DNA from: Oikopleura dioica
Lineage: Eukaryota; Animalia; Chordata
Direction: 5' to 3'
Assembly: GCA_907165135.1 (NCBI GenBank)
Contig: OU015566.1
Location: 6,138,001-6,202,000, forward strand
Length of the DNA stretch: 64,000 bases
The notes beneath the pieces are model-generated. The model was given only the letters and a program-made list of their open reading frames with translations, made no database searches and was not told where the DNA came from. Shown here piece by piece: positions 34,470 through 47,422 of this stretch; position 1 is the first letter of the stretch; each line of letters begins with the position of its first letter. The translations under genes and the position numbers were made by a program.

Positions 34470-35864
34470 ATGATTTTCTCTCTTTTATTCTCTGGTACTA
34501 ATGCTCTCTACAACGAGGAGTTCGTCGGAACATGTAATGCGCCGACAACGCTTGATTTCCAAAAGCTCAAATTCATCCCATGTAAGTTCGAAAAATTTTT
34601 ATCAGATGCGATGACTGCTATTTTTTAGGGCAAATAGACTTTGAGTCTCCGTGGCTGAAAGTTTCGAACCCAGTTTCTCCAGAAGTCAACGAGTTTTACT
34701 TGGATGAAGGCATCCGAGATGACATGTGCTGGGGAATGCGCTATTCGATAATGAATAACGTAAAGGAATGTGTTTTTATATCACATTTTCATGTACGAAA
34801 AAACTTAACTGTAGTTTTGAGATTGATTGCTGAGTTTTTTGATTGTGAAAATCAACACATTTCAGTTTCACTCAAGAAACTTGGGCGGGAAATTTGACTT
34901 GTACATCCCAAAAGAGATTCCAGACTGGATGAGTGTCCGTTGCACATCAGAAGAAAAAGAACCGTGTACTTCCTTCGAAATTCAATACTGCTGCCCATCC
35001 ACATTCGACAATGATGAGGAACTTGAAAAAGCTGAACGACCTTTCCCTGTCTTCAATTACGAACAACAAGGGAGTTGTTCAGATGGCGCCCTACAATTCG
35101 AAAACGACGGGAGTTTCATCGATATTGATGGTTAGAAATTTCTCATAAGGAAATTGAGAATGACATTCTTTTCAGACGACAGCGAGTTTTTAAGCCATTG
35201 GTTTGAAGCAACCAACCCAAGCTCCCCAGAAGTAAATGGTTTATTTTTCAACCCAGGTACAAGGCGAGACATCTGTCGCGGAATCAGACTCAAAAACATG
35301 GGATACGATTTTTCCTCCTATCTTTTTGGGGGCGAAAAAAATGTCACGAGCGCGACGCCAGATTGGATGACCGTCAGATGTGGTGATCCAAACTGCCATA
35401 CTTTCGAAGCGAAGTATTGCTGCCCGGCATTAGAAGAGCTCGACAGTAGCATTGTCAGGCCTGATATTAAACTACACGATTCAATCAAAAAACTCGTCGA
35501 TACGATTACCAATGCTCCAGAAATAAAGCGAGGCAGATTCAAGAACAGAATGACGCAAAAATTGAAAACAATCAAGGATGTTTTGCTCGTCGATTTTTGG
35601 AACAGAGCAAAAGATTGTTTTGCTGAGTTTTCTGCTCCTAAAAAGTAAGTTTTCAATTAGATAGAAAAGGAAAAAGGAAATCTGTTAAGTCTTCTCGAAT
35701 CCGGAACAACAGAAGACGAGATTCGCAATTCATTCACAGAGATAAGGTCTTGGATCGGGCAGTTCAACAGTCGCTGCGATGACAAACCTTCCAAGTACGC
35801 AGAAAAAATGATTCAAAAAATGACAAAAGAAGAGAAAAAGACGCTGAAAAGAATAAGAAAATGA
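34470..35864 (+). CDS. Secreted protein with two WxxW/CysD-like Cys-rich repeats and a helical C-terminal domain
   Basis: Signal-like MIFSLLFSGTNA; repeats SPWLKVSNPVSPEVN...PDWMSVRC...CTSFEIQYCCP and SHWFEATNPSSPEVN...PDWMTVRC...CHTFEAKYCCP; short introns. Confidence 0.7.
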
Positions 35865-36476
35865 TTATTTGATGTGCTTCTTACTGTTTGTAATAAAGTT
35901 TCGAAACTTATAACATGTAAAAATTGAATTATATTTTTTTTTAAATTTGAAAATTTCGTCAAAATCACGATTTATAAAAAGAATAAATACAATTTTCAAA
36001 TCTAAAAGGATGGTGCCGAATAAATTAATATATATAATTCTGAATCTTTGTTAACATCCTTTACATCGGCTCGATCCGCGCTGCCATAACCCGTTTTTCA
36101 CGTAGACATAATATCCGAATGGATTCAGATTTTTCAAAAACTCAAACAGATTCGTATTTTTTGGTTCCTCTTCGATTACCCGAAAGGAAAGAGAATCGGT
36201 AACAAAGGACTCTGTTTAAACCGCGTGTTTCCTTCAAATGACATTTTCTCCTTTTTATGTTATCAAAATCCTTCGAAAATTATATGTTTTTGTAAAGAAT
36301 CGTCTGTTCGACGGTTCCTCTGATTTAGATTTTTCTTTTATGCATTTCAAATATCATTATTTTAATTATCATACAGTATTGTAAAGAGTAATGAATAAAT
36401 TGGCGCGCCAACTAGTGCCCGCTGAGCCGTAACCCAGTCGATAGCATACTCTCACCATAAGTTCACGCTCAGTTTA

Positions 36477-36635
36477 GGGGAGGTGTCTGGAACCGACAAA
36501 AAATTTCGACAAATTTTGCGTGGAAATTTTCAACCAATCAGAAGCCTTAATTCAGCAAACCGGCCAATCAGCAGCCGAGTAGCCGCCTACGCAAAATTTG
36601 TCGAGATTTTTTTGTCGTTTCCAGACAACATCCCT
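36477..36635. mobile_element. ~160-bp hairpin MITE carrying CCAAT boxes, copy 1
   Basis: TIRs ggtgtctggaaccgacaaaaaatttcgacaaattttgcgt / acgcaaaatttgtcgagatttttttgtcgtttccagacaac; internal ccaatcag twice. Confidence 0.8.
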
Positions 36636-37370
36636 CAGTTAATGGACCAAACTAAACTTTTATCCCTTTTACCTCCATCTTTTAAAAATTTTCATATGTC
36701 GTAGCTACGCTGAGTTGCGGCAAAAACTTTTGCGCTCGATTTCAAGTGTACATAAGTACTCGAAATACTCGGATTGAGATTATGAGACTCAACTCATTTG
36801 AAAGCACGTTGTCTCTTCTACAAAAGTTACGCTGTGAGATTTCCAAGAATTGTATCCATCGAACCTGTCACAAAAGGGTCCGCAAATAAATCAATTTATA
36901 CCATTGAAAACCTCGCAAGCTCAGCTTTCAACTGGCAAGTTAGAATTTTACCATTTAAAATGGTACATAGTAAAATTTACTTGCAAATTAGAAAAGGTAC
37001 AGAAGCGACAAGACGCCGCGTCACTGCTATTTTCTCGAATTACATGCATCCGTATGTATCCAACTTTGCGTTTAGAGCTACTGTTGTGAGCGAATATGAC
37101 ATTTCTCCATAGCAAATTCAATTAGAGAGTACATGCAGATACGTGGAACCCTTATTTGAGCAGTTTATTGCGTTGACAAATTGAGCTATCGTATTTCTTT
37201 TCGATAAAATTTTGTGTTTAGATGGGCAAAAACTAAACTAAAAGACAAATTTTTGTACCGTGTGCATTCAAGCGTTAAGAGCAGAGAAGAAGTCCGCAAA
37301 AAACAACAAATTTGAGCTGGCTTGGGCACATTTTTAAAGTTCAAGTGAGGTTTCTTTTTGTACAATAAAA

Positions 37371-37529
37371 GGGGTGGTGTCTGGAACCGACAAAAAATTT
37401 CAACAAATTTTGCCTAGGCGACTACTCGGCTGTTGGTTGGCCGGTTTGCCGAATCAAGGCTTCTGATTGGTTGAAAATTTCCACGCAAAATTTGTCAAAA
37501 TATTTTTGTCGGTTCAAGACACCTTCCCC
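37371..37529. mobile_element. ~160-bp hairpin MITE, copy 2 (inverted relative to copy 1)
   Basis: Same TIRs; interior is the reverse complement of copy 1. A partial third copy starts near 52453. Confidence 0.8.
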
Positions 37530-37663
37530 AAAAAGGCTTCTGATTTGATTAAATGATGGAAACTGGACTCTTATTGGTTGAAAAGCTTTACACCTCACAA
37601 AAAAATCAAATTATGTGCCCAACCCAGCTCGAGAAGTGTTCATGATTACGTTTTATTTAAATA

Positions 37664-38306
37664 TTATCTTGGATTATTGAATTGAAATGTCTGCTTTTTA
37701 GTCGGCTTTTCTGGCAGCGACGATGTCGTGTTCTTGGTAGGGCTGTTTGACGCCAGTAGTTCGTTCCCGGACGCCGAAGATGTCGTTGTCTCGGTGAGAC
37801 TGAACTTATTTTGAGAAGAAAAAAAGGGGGTTGAGTTAACCTGGATTGCTTCTCGTTTGCCCTTGTTGATGGGAGCTTCCTTGGCAGCGTTGATTTCTCC
37901 TTGGTGGAAAATGTCGGATTTCATGTGAGCCGCGGACTTGGTCGAAATTCGCCGGTCCATCTCGCCGGTGCCGTTGAAAAAGTCGCTATTGAAAGTTTAC
38001 TTTTCTTTGCAAATGATCAGGCAAAGAATGGTGAGTTCGATGAGTCATCAAATGAAGTCTCGGAGATTTTTTTAGGCATCTGAAAATACCTATTGAAGTT
38101 GTTGGATCGAGACATTTCAATTCTGAAGTTGCTTGAGTTTGGATTTGTGATTTTCTGAACTGATTTGCTTTCTGCGAATTTTGGCGAAAAATAAATCGGG
38201 TTCTAGAGAAAATAAATTTTTCAAAAAATTTTTTTTTGCGATATTTTGCTGTTTTCGCGAAGAAAAAGCTCGAAAACAGGCTTATTGTTGGTGAACTTTC
38301 CTCCAT
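37664..38306 (-). CDS. Multi-exon hypothetical protein
   Basis: ORF 37986-38306 plus downstream frames RRDGPANFDQVRGSHEIRH... and NDIFGVRERTTGVKQPY..., separated by short intron-like T-rich gaps; no family recognised. Confidence 0.4.
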
Positions 38307-38521
38307 GATTGCAATTCGACTGCCCTGTCAATTGAAAAGTGTAATTGATAGTAGCTGCTAATACCCATTCTTGATTTATTGCAGCGCTTGAGTCAGGATA
38401 ATGAGATCGCAGGTCTCCCGCCTAAGCTCTCCTCTGACTACCTCTTGCAGCGCTGAAATTATCGCAGCGCGAAAAAAGTGTTCTTTGAACGTTGCGACGC
38501 AAAAGAGAATAAGCACAAAAT

Positions 38522-39452
38522 ATGAGCCAGGCCGTACTTGACCGTAAGTTCATCTCAGTTTTTCAAAAAAAATTTTATTTTTTGGCAAAATTTTGGTTCC
38601 CTAGCCCTAAGCCTTATGTAAATAATGAGAAAATTTTAAATTTTTGCTAATTTTTTGATATAAAAAAATAAAATATTTTTGACGAAAAATGTTAAAATTG
38701 ACGAATCATGAATGACGATTTCGTATCTTTTTATGCAGAAAATTCAAAAATAAACAAGGTTTTGCCAATTTCGTCATCATTTTTAGAATCATCAAAGTTA
38801 ATTTTCATTTAAAAGAAATATTGACTTTTTTAAAAACTGGCTTTCCTCCAACTTTCAAAGCAACCTAAGATTTCGTTAAGAATGCGTTGCTGCTTTTGAG
38901 CTCTTCACCAAGGACACAACCGACCAGCTCCTTGGCGTTGCTGAGCTCGATCTGGTTCTCCGAGCTCTTGGCCAGGAACCCAACCCAAAGGAGCTTGGAG
39001 AAATCATGCAGGGATACGGATCCAGTAAGTTATATTCTCCCTCCGCCCCTGTTCAAGTGTTGATAAGAGTTCGGCAAGATGAACTTGGACGACTTCCTCG
39101 AACTCATGCAGCAGCAGATCCGAGCGAACACCTCCGACCGAAATGCTGACTCTCTCCCCGCCGCCACCATTGCCTTCTTCGCCGAGGCCTTCCGACTTTT
39201 CGACAAGGACCAGGACGGATATTTGAACATGGACGAACTCAAGGTATTCTCCATTCAAGCTTCAAAAACCTCAATTTTCAGAACGCTCTTTCTCTCATCG
39301 GCCAGGACGGCTCTGCGGAAGAATTGATGGTCGCTTCCGACGCCAACAAGGATCACAAACTCGACTTCGACGGTAACAGAATTTGCCTTGAAAGATAAAT
39401 TGAGATTTATTTTTTAGAATTCGTCGAGATGATGAAAGATATCGATGTTTGA
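38522..39452 (+). CDS. Calmodulin-like EF-hand protein
   Basis: Spliced: MSQAVLDQCVAAFELFTKD...LVLRALGQEPNPKEL...GKMNLDDFLELM...EAFRLFDKDQDGYLNMDELK...DANKDHKLDFDEFVEMM. EF3 and EF4 canonical, EF1 and EF2 degenerate. Confidence 0.85.
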
Positions 39453-39627
39453 AAAATTTGTGAAAAATAAAGAACACCTGGACATTCGAAATTCCACTAG
39501 TTTTTACGAAATTGCTTTCTAATATAACTGATTTTTTATAAAAAAAAATTTAATCAAAAAAGAAAAGAGAAAACAAAGATTGGATAGATTGAACAGATGA
39601 CTTAAGCCAAGAGAGCTGCGAAAAGCA

Positions 39628-39873
39628 TCAGACTGATGCCATCAGTGCAGTTGGCAGAATCATCGAAGCTGCTGAGCTTGACCCTCCTTTTGAGCCCCCA
39701 CTTGGTCCGCTTGGTCTACTAGGTCGGCTAGGTCGTCGTCTGCGTAGCTCTTTGGACAAGTCTTCTTCGTTTTGATATTCATTGTCCGCATTTGGACCGA
39801 TGGATGCAGTCGAATTGTCAAAGAGAACGGCTTGGCAAGCGAGAAAATAGAAAAAGAAAATGAGAAATTTCAT
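39628..39873 (-). CDS. Small secreted propeptide-like or GPI-anchored protein (81 aa)
   Basis: Signal peptide MKFLIFFFYFLACQA, acidic spacer, RRRR, (R/G)PS repeats, SSSAAS, hydrophobic tail. Confidence 0.6.
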   Translation of the reverse strand: MKFLIFFFYFLACQAVLFDNSTASIGPNADNEYQNEEDLSKELRRRRPSRPSRPSGPSGGSKGGSSSAASMILPTALMASV

Positions 39874-40475
39874 TCTCGATTGGATATAGTGAATAGTTTT
39901 TCAAGAGATTCAGACTTTATACTTACTGAAAAACAATGGATTTTCCCTTTTTGAAAAGTCTCCATGGAAAGCCGGAAACTATTCTGCTCCAAGCTGAGCT
40001 TTCTACATTGTAGAACTACAATCAATGGAAGATCCAACAAGTTACTGTATTAGGAGAATACAGATTTCTGACGCACAAAAAAACTACTGTCGCTCTTTCT
40101 ATCCTCGGGCGTCGGAGGGAAAAATCAGGATCAACGAACTTTCTCAAAATTTTCAACAAGCTCAGGTTGCCGAGTCGACAATGCATAAATATGACGCCAT
40201 CAAATTATTGCACTGTAAAACATGATGCACCTACTTATCAATAAATTTTTATTCTTGATAGCTGTGTTGATAGCCAGTTAAGATAGCCAAAAGCGAACCT
40301 CGCTTGCGTCGTCAAAAATTGCCAGAAAAGCTACAACCTTCTGACATTCAGAAAAGAACAAAAACGGAGGCGAAACTATCCAAGAGTAAGCCAAGCAGTC
40401 GTGACTATCATTCCCATAAAGCGTTTTATCCTTTTTCTCCCGGAAAATCTTTCTCTCTCCGCGAGCTCACTCGCG

Positions 40476-43400
40476 ATGGTCATCGAAGAAGAAAACGAGA
40501 CAACAGAAAATCCAAATTTCCATACGAGAATCCAGGTTACCCGAATTTGAGCTTATTTAATAAAGTTCAATAATAGTGCCTTGACTGCGACTGCTTAGGC
40601 GTTCTGAGACAAAAAGGCAAAAAAGTTTTTTTGATGCCCGTGGAAGTTTTGACTACTCGGAGCATCCTTACTCAGGAATATGATGTAAGAAAATTGGAAA
40701 AGAAGAAAACATGGAAGAAAAAGGTCACTGCGAAAATGAGCTTGGAGAAACACGGAAACGCCACCCAGCCACAGCAGTACAGCTATCTTACTCTTGGCAC
40801 TGTTTTCTGGGTCACTGTTATTCTCATAGGTACCTCTCGAGTAATTTAAATATCTAATTTTACAAGCAAACTTCGCTTCCTTGAAAAAATCGCGCGGCGC
40901 AACGACTTTTCTGACGTCGAGCTGTCACCGAAACTACAAGAAATGCGTTAAAACTTCGTCAATGGACTTTTGCGGGCATTTGATGAAGCAATGCCGTGAC
41001 ACCAAGGAGTTTATCCTTCCTGAGCCGGTTTCGAAGGTCGAGCATGTCAAAGCGGCGCCTCTTACTTTTTCGGAGGAAGAAAATGAAGTGAATCTCCGCC
41101 GCTGTCAGAAGAAACGCTTTTACGACCAAAAAGTGTGCCGCCATCTCTGCTCAAACACGCTGGTTTTGAAATCAACGAGGACCAATCCGATCACGCCCTG
41201 CGAGTCGATCTGTTTTGGGCTGACTAGAAGCTTCGATTCTGCCGGGGAGGTCTGTCCGTTTCAGAAATACTGCTCCAAAGGTTGTCCTTGTCCTCATTAC
41301 GAATGCGAGAAGTTGGAGTCGCCTCAAAAACTTGTTCCAGTCTTTGATCTCCGAAAGTCTGAAAACAGTTCAACGCCAATCGAGTCAACTTCAACTCAGT
41401 CGACATCAACTGTGTCAACTTCGACGACTTGGTCAACAACATGGTCTTCAGCGCAGTCAACATCAACTTGGTCGACTCCAACAACAACAATGATAACATC
41501 TCCAATTACCATTTCAACTCAGTCAACATTGTCCTTGATCAACTCAACCGCTCAATCAAAGGGGAGCATAGGGCTTCCAAGTAGTAGTCAACTTGAAGCA
41601 CCAAACTTTGCGATTTTTCTGGTCGATTTCAATGGACAAGAGCGGCCAAGAGTGACAAATGCCTCAGACTTTTTGTTTTCTTATGAACGGTTTTGCTTAT
41701 TCGATGATGACTCATCATTGATGAGGGAAGCTCCTACAAATTAGGTTAAATAATTTTCGAGTCCTACTATTATTTACAATCATTCAAAACTAAAAAGTCA
41801 ATTGGTGTTACCTTTCTCAACGGGGAGCATTACTTGGTCGATGCGATCGGAAACTTGATGAGAGTGAAAGAAACTGATGCTGCTCCGATTATCATTCCGA
41901 ACCAACTCAAATATGTGTAAGTGAATATGTTATTCCGATTATTTGCTAGATCTCATGTTCAAAAAAATAAATAAAGATTTTCTGATCTAAAGAAGTCAAG
42001 GCCCAGATAATTTTCTCGTTCTAAAGAGGCCGCTTCGTTTTCCACTTTGGGTCATCGATTGGAACCCACCACATTGAGATTCGCATGAAAGACAGGGACA
42101 GCAAGATCTTTCCGGTCGTTGTTATTTGAAAACGGTCGAAATTACACAATTTTATGATCACAAAGAGGCGCTATTGCCTTTGAAAGCAAAGTTTTGACCG
42201 GTAAAAGCGCCCCAAGCGAGAGTCAAGACAAGTGCTTCTATTACGCGCCGGATTACAATTTGAACAGATTTGAAACGGCTCAAGGTAAGGATAAGCTCCT
42301 TTAGTTTCGTTTAACATTTTTGAGGCTGGATCGCGAGCAACCACTTCAACGCTCGAACTTCCTCGGTCAGCTTTGGCGGAACATTTTATCTGATGAGTTT
42401 GAGACTCGGCAAAAAATGGATAACCCTTTCAAAAACGATTGCCCTGAACTCGATCCGATCAACGGAAGAGTTGAATAAGGGCTGGAGGAAGGAAGAGCTA
42501 GCGATTCCTGCAACTTTCCGCGACTTCGATCCTGTGCACGTGATTCCTCTGGAATGGATTTGAAAGAAACTAAACTCGTTCTGTGTGATTTTCTTTGAAT
42601 CCAAAAAGACCGACCTCGGTCAATTGATGCTTATTCTCGTCACTAGAAGCATCGCCCTCTCGAACACGCAGTACTCGATTTTACTTGAAAAAGAAGGGAA
42701 ATTCTTGACGCTTGGGAGCGAATGGATTGGGTCCTTGATCAATTACGAGCGAGAATCGCGTTGTTTCTCTGGTTTGTACGCTCCGAAAGATTACGCTTAT
42801 TCGAATGAATTCGGAACCAACAACGACGAGTGCGAGTATTTCATCAATGGCTTCATCAACAACGATCGTATTTACCTCCAGAATATCGTTTTCGACACGA
42901 CTTTTGAAATTTATTTCGACTTCGGAGAGGATCTTCACTTTAGTTAATATGGGAACATAGGTTCTCTACGGGCCGTAGACTACGGCAAATAGAATCCTGA
43001 CTTATGGTCCATAACTCGTGTAGCTCTAGATAGTTGATCCTCCTATGAGATCACATCGAGCTTGATTTCCGGCAACAAAGTGCTGAAAACAAAATGCTTG
43101 TGACTAGCAACCCGTATTTCGAATTCCACAAAGATGTCTTTCCGTACTTCGCGAAAAACGCTGTAAAAAATCAAACCGCGTTTCCGCAATCAGGCGAGGC
43201 TCTTGATCAAAGAAGCATAATCATTTAGTCGCAAGTCTTGACTAACGGCGATAAACAGAACCCAAAAAGCAAGCAGTTTGTCTCCTCCCTATCCACTGGC
43301 AATTCTACCCGATTTCCCCTTTTCGTCTTTCAATGAGTCCTTATTCCAAATTTCTTCATTCGAACTGGACTTTAACGTAACGCAAAAACTCTCTTTCGAC

Positions 43401-44480
43401 ATAAAGCAAGGAGTCTTTACATTAGAATCTTAAAAAATATTTTATTAAAATTCAGATTTTTATTGAAATGATATTCTTGACTCTCAAAAGACCAAATCTT
43501 CCCTTAGAAAAACTGCGAAAATCCTGGAATTTCGATCTTACAATGAAAAATCGATCATTGCAGTTGAAACTATCGAGAAAAACTCGATTGCGATTTCATC
43601 AGACTTTTTCGAGGAATCGATCATTTTGGACGATCCGTTAAACACGAATTGGAAATCTATTGAATTCGTGTTCCAAGTCGAAGAAGACTCGCATTTTTTC
43701 TTCGTCCAGAAGAATGATGATGATAAGATCGCTAGAAGACAAATGGACAGGCTTCGAACGATGGGAGAAAAGAGAATCAGAGTTTTCAAATTCGACGACG
43801 AAACCGAAATTAAAAATGTTTTCTTCTTTCAAAATCGACCGAGCCTGATTTTCGTTATCTTATCCAAAGCAACTGAGTTACCACATCAATCTGCTCTGTT
43901 TGGAGATGGTTTCATAAGCGAAGATAGAAAAATAATTGTTCCAACGATTCTTGAGAATAAAATCTACGAATCGAAAGCTGCTCTTGTGAAAGGCCAGTTG
44001 CATCTTTTCGGCGGCTATCAGAGAGCAAAGCTAGTAGACAACTCTTTGAAACTCCTTCTTGACTTTTTTAGATTATTATTCTTGATGGATGCGAATTGAA
44101 GCTTCTCCCTATTCGGCTTCAATATAAATATTTTTTTGGAAGCGCGGTCCTCTCAATTTTGAACGGAAGTCAAGGTTCTTCGCAAGAAAATATCATTTAT
44201 AAGTTATAAATTATAACACTTTTCAGCTCTTGTTTGTTTTGATTCCCCAAATGACAAGAAATGCGAGATTTTTAACGGCACTGCTGTTGAAAAACTCGCA
44301 TTCGAACCAAAAGAAGGGCATTGGGACGGTGGACTTGGTCATTTTAAAGGGAAGCCAACAGCAGTCGGCGGTCAGAATTATCCTTATACGAACGAAGGAT
44401 ACACGGAAACCCTGACTGAAAATGGCTGGAAAAAACTACGTCGTCATCCAAGGTTATTTCTTATTTGCGAATTTTTATTG
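40476..44480 (+). pseudogene. TM + Cys-rich (CPxxxxCxxGCPC) + Thr/Ser-rich + Kelch-like propeller gene, paralog A; in-frame TGA at 42561
   Basis: MVIEEE...CLDCDCLGVLRQKG...TM; CPFQKYCSKGCPCPHYEC; ALVKGQLHLFGG, CEIFNG, PTAVGG, TETLTENGW Kelch-like blades; exon-for-exon similarity to 52739-58819. Possibly intact if unrecognised introns remove the stops. Confidence 0.6.
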
Positions 44481-44744
44481 AGCATGATTCAAGAGATATA
44501 GATAAGGTCTCCACGCAAATAAATGATCAAATTGGGAGCAGTTCTTATTGTGGATACGATTTTTATTGAAGATTTGGAATAAGCAGCTCAAGATCTTCAA
44601 TAAGAGGTGTTAAACTTTTAAACTCAGATATACTAAGAATTATTTTCCAGTCTATTTTCTTTTCAAAACACTTTTCTGGGCCACTTCCGGTTCAGCACCA
44701 TAAATGCTTGCGGTGCCTACTGAAGTTTTTCACTTCTTCAAGAG

Positions 44745-45563
44745 ATGGTGAGATTTTTGCAAGATTCAAAGGACAATGCGACCGATACTCCGGCGCTGAA
44801 CAATATTCCCGTCAGTGCTTTGCTCGCACTGATCAACGCTAGGTAAGTTTTTCCGATAAAGTTAATTGATTTACGATTAGTAATGTGACCATCGTCGAAG
44901 GAGACGTTGTCCCTGTCGCTGACGAAGAGGAAGACGAGCATGTTTACACCGCGAAGAGCGCAGCGGAAGTGCAGGAGATGTTTCAACTGGACATGGAAGC
45001 TATCAAAGCTGGTCGCAACGCCGCTCTGAACTGGCACAATGACAAGCGCAACCTTCACGAAGGGACTGGCCCTATGACAGTATGACATATTTGGCTCTTC
45101 TTTTCTCACTCTTAAATTTTCAAGCTGAACAAGCATGCAAGCAGAAAGGCGCAAGCTTGGGCGGATAAAATTGCAGCTGGCGAGGAGTTTGGTTACGATC
45201 CCGAAAATACGTATGTATCTCGTTTTGAAAGGCACCGAAAAAGAGCCTTTTTAGACTTTGCGGAGAAAACGTCGTCTTGATCCACATCAATAACGACCTG
45301 GACTACATGACCATGAACGATTTCGAAAATACTGGAGAGGAATGCGGGACAGCCTATTGGTAGCTTTACCCAGGCAATCTGGAAGTCGTCCGCAATTCTC
45401 GGCGTCGGAATCTCCCTTGAGAAAGACGGGAAATACATCATTGGTGGGCATTGTTTTCTTGTTGAAAGATAACGCTTTTTTAGTTGTTTGTCGCTACTTC
45501 CAAAAGGGCAACATCAGGGGCAGACGATCCGCGCAAATCGGAGCACTCAAGAACTGCGATTAA
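44745..45563 (+). pseudogene. CAP/SCP (GAPR-1-like) gene with internal deletion/frameshift
   Basis: AALNWHNDKRNLH, AQAWADKIA, CGENV, GSFTQAIWKSSAILGVG, VCRYFQKGN. The GEN and FTQ motifs are in different frames, and the AVxxWY segment seen in the paralog at 60 kb is absent. Confidence 0.7.
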
Positions 45564-45653
45564 TCAATTTCTGAATGAACTGAGTTCTTGAGAAAGACTG
45601 ACTCTGTACTTCAATAAAATTTGTTGTATCTCTAATTGTTAGTGAGTGCACGA

Positions 45654-46306
45654 TGTGTGTAAAAAACTTATCTGTTATAGACCGTAGTAGACGGTAGCTG
45701 ACTGCACAGCTACTGTCATAATGACAGTGTCACTCCTGTAATTAGGTCCTGCCTCCAGATAATTGCATTCTGAGTAGGCGACTCAATTATAGAGCGAATA
45801 ACCATCGATTTCTCAGGCTATAAAAACCCGTGATCTTTCTCACTTTTTGGTCTCTCAAAAAACTCTTGATTTTGAAATAAACAACTCTAGTCTTCACAGC
45901 CAAGCAGACTCTTCCTTGCCTCCAGATACAAGCATCCTAGGATATAGGTTTTTAGAAATAGAAACAGTCATATCTACACACTATATTGGTTATGTGTGAA
46001 AATAGCTTATCTGTGATAGACCATAGTAGACAGTAGCTGGCTGCACGGGTACTGTTATTCCTATTGTTAGGTCCTGCCATCAGATAATTGCATTCTGAGC
46101 AGGCGGACTCAATTATAGAGCTTATTACCATCGATTTCTCAGACTATAAAAACCCGTGAACTTTCTCACTATCTTGTCTCTCACAAAACTCTTGATTTGG
46201 AAATAAACAACTCTACTCTACTCAACCAAGCTGACTCTTTCTTGACTCCAAAGGCCAAGCATCCCAGTATATAGGCCTTAGATTTAGATACAGTCATACA
46301 TACACA
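45654..46306 (+). mobile_element. Two tandem LTR-like repeats (~325 bp each) followed by a PBS-like TGGTGAC
   Basis: Direct repeats 45654-45980 and 45993-46306 with tgtgt...acaca ends, ctataaaaa TATA and aataaa signals; tggtgactg at 46313. Confidence 0.7.
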
Positions 46307-46589
46307 CTATACTGGTGACTGAAGTTTACGAACCGCGCCTGCTGCTACTTGATAGAAAGGATAAGTGATAAAAAATTCGAGAGACCCAATTGAGTAGTAG
46401 TCCATCTTTTTATCGTATAATTAGGCGATTGGCCCCGGTTTATTACATTTCCGCTTATAGACAAATTAAAAGCGGCGGTTTTTTAGAAATTGATAGGGGA
46501 TGAAAGTTTTGAGACTCGATCATCCATCCAAAAAGACGCTCTTTTGCGTCAAGCTCTAGGAAAGGGGCGTAATGTGAAATGCATACTAC

Positions 46590-46810
46590 CAGTCATTTCT
46601 CAAGTTTGTTAACAGGGATAGAGCGCCGCTTGTTAAGAAACATGGGTTTGCCGAAAATAGATGGGCGCTCGCTAAGCCTGCCTTTCTCGGCTTGGAAAGC
46701 GGAGCTTCGCACCCCTTGTTAAGAAACTTGGGTTTTCCAAAAATAGATAGGGCGCCCGGTGTTAAGAAACATGAGTGCAAATCGGTGTTAAAAAACTTGA
46801 GAAATGACTG
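46590..46810. mobile_element. Small MITE with CAGT...ACTG termini (Tc1/mariner-like)
   Basis: 18-bp TIR cagtcatttctcaagttt / aaacttgagaaatgactg, followed by TA on the right; internal gttaagaaac...aaaatagat repeats. Confidence 0.7.
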
Positions 46811-47422
46811 TAACGCACAGGATTTTTGGAGCCAAGTGCGAATTCCACCTTGTTCCTATTGACATCAGAGATACCAAGGAGGATATGAAATATTCCCAAC
46901 TCCAAACAAGATTTTCGGCTGAGCGTGAAGATTACATGAAAAATTATTAAAATAAAATCACGCCAGAATTAGAAAACGAGGAATATTTCAAGAATATGCC
47001 TAATAACGAAACAAAATAGATCATTCAGGGTCTTGCAGCACTTGACACCAAATATTATTTATTTTTGGCGTACGCATACGGTCTTACTTTAGAGCCTGTT
47101 TAGAAGAAAGTGGTTCTGAGGGCGAATCAAGGAGAATCCCTAAGGGACAGCCCAAAAATAAAACAAGCCCTCAGACTAGAGTTCAGAAAACCCCCAAGTA
47201 CAAAATCAGCCACAAAACCAATCTGGACAAAAACGGGAAATAAGTACTCAACCTGGTCCAAGTTCGAAAATCGGAAATTAATCCCCAAATATTTCATTAA
47301 CTCAGACAAACCAAAAAATTTCGGATCAAAATTTTTAACAAATCAAATCAAGATACCGCTCTGAAAAAGTTACATAATGACACTTTTATGTTCCAATTTC
47401 AAAAACTCACTTCCGACTTTCG

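Noticed and set aside
47110-47364. gag fragment inside the LTR region
   Set aside because: Short, GTG start, no CCHC knuckle or capsid motif; no RT, RNase H or integrase motifs seen anywhere in the window.
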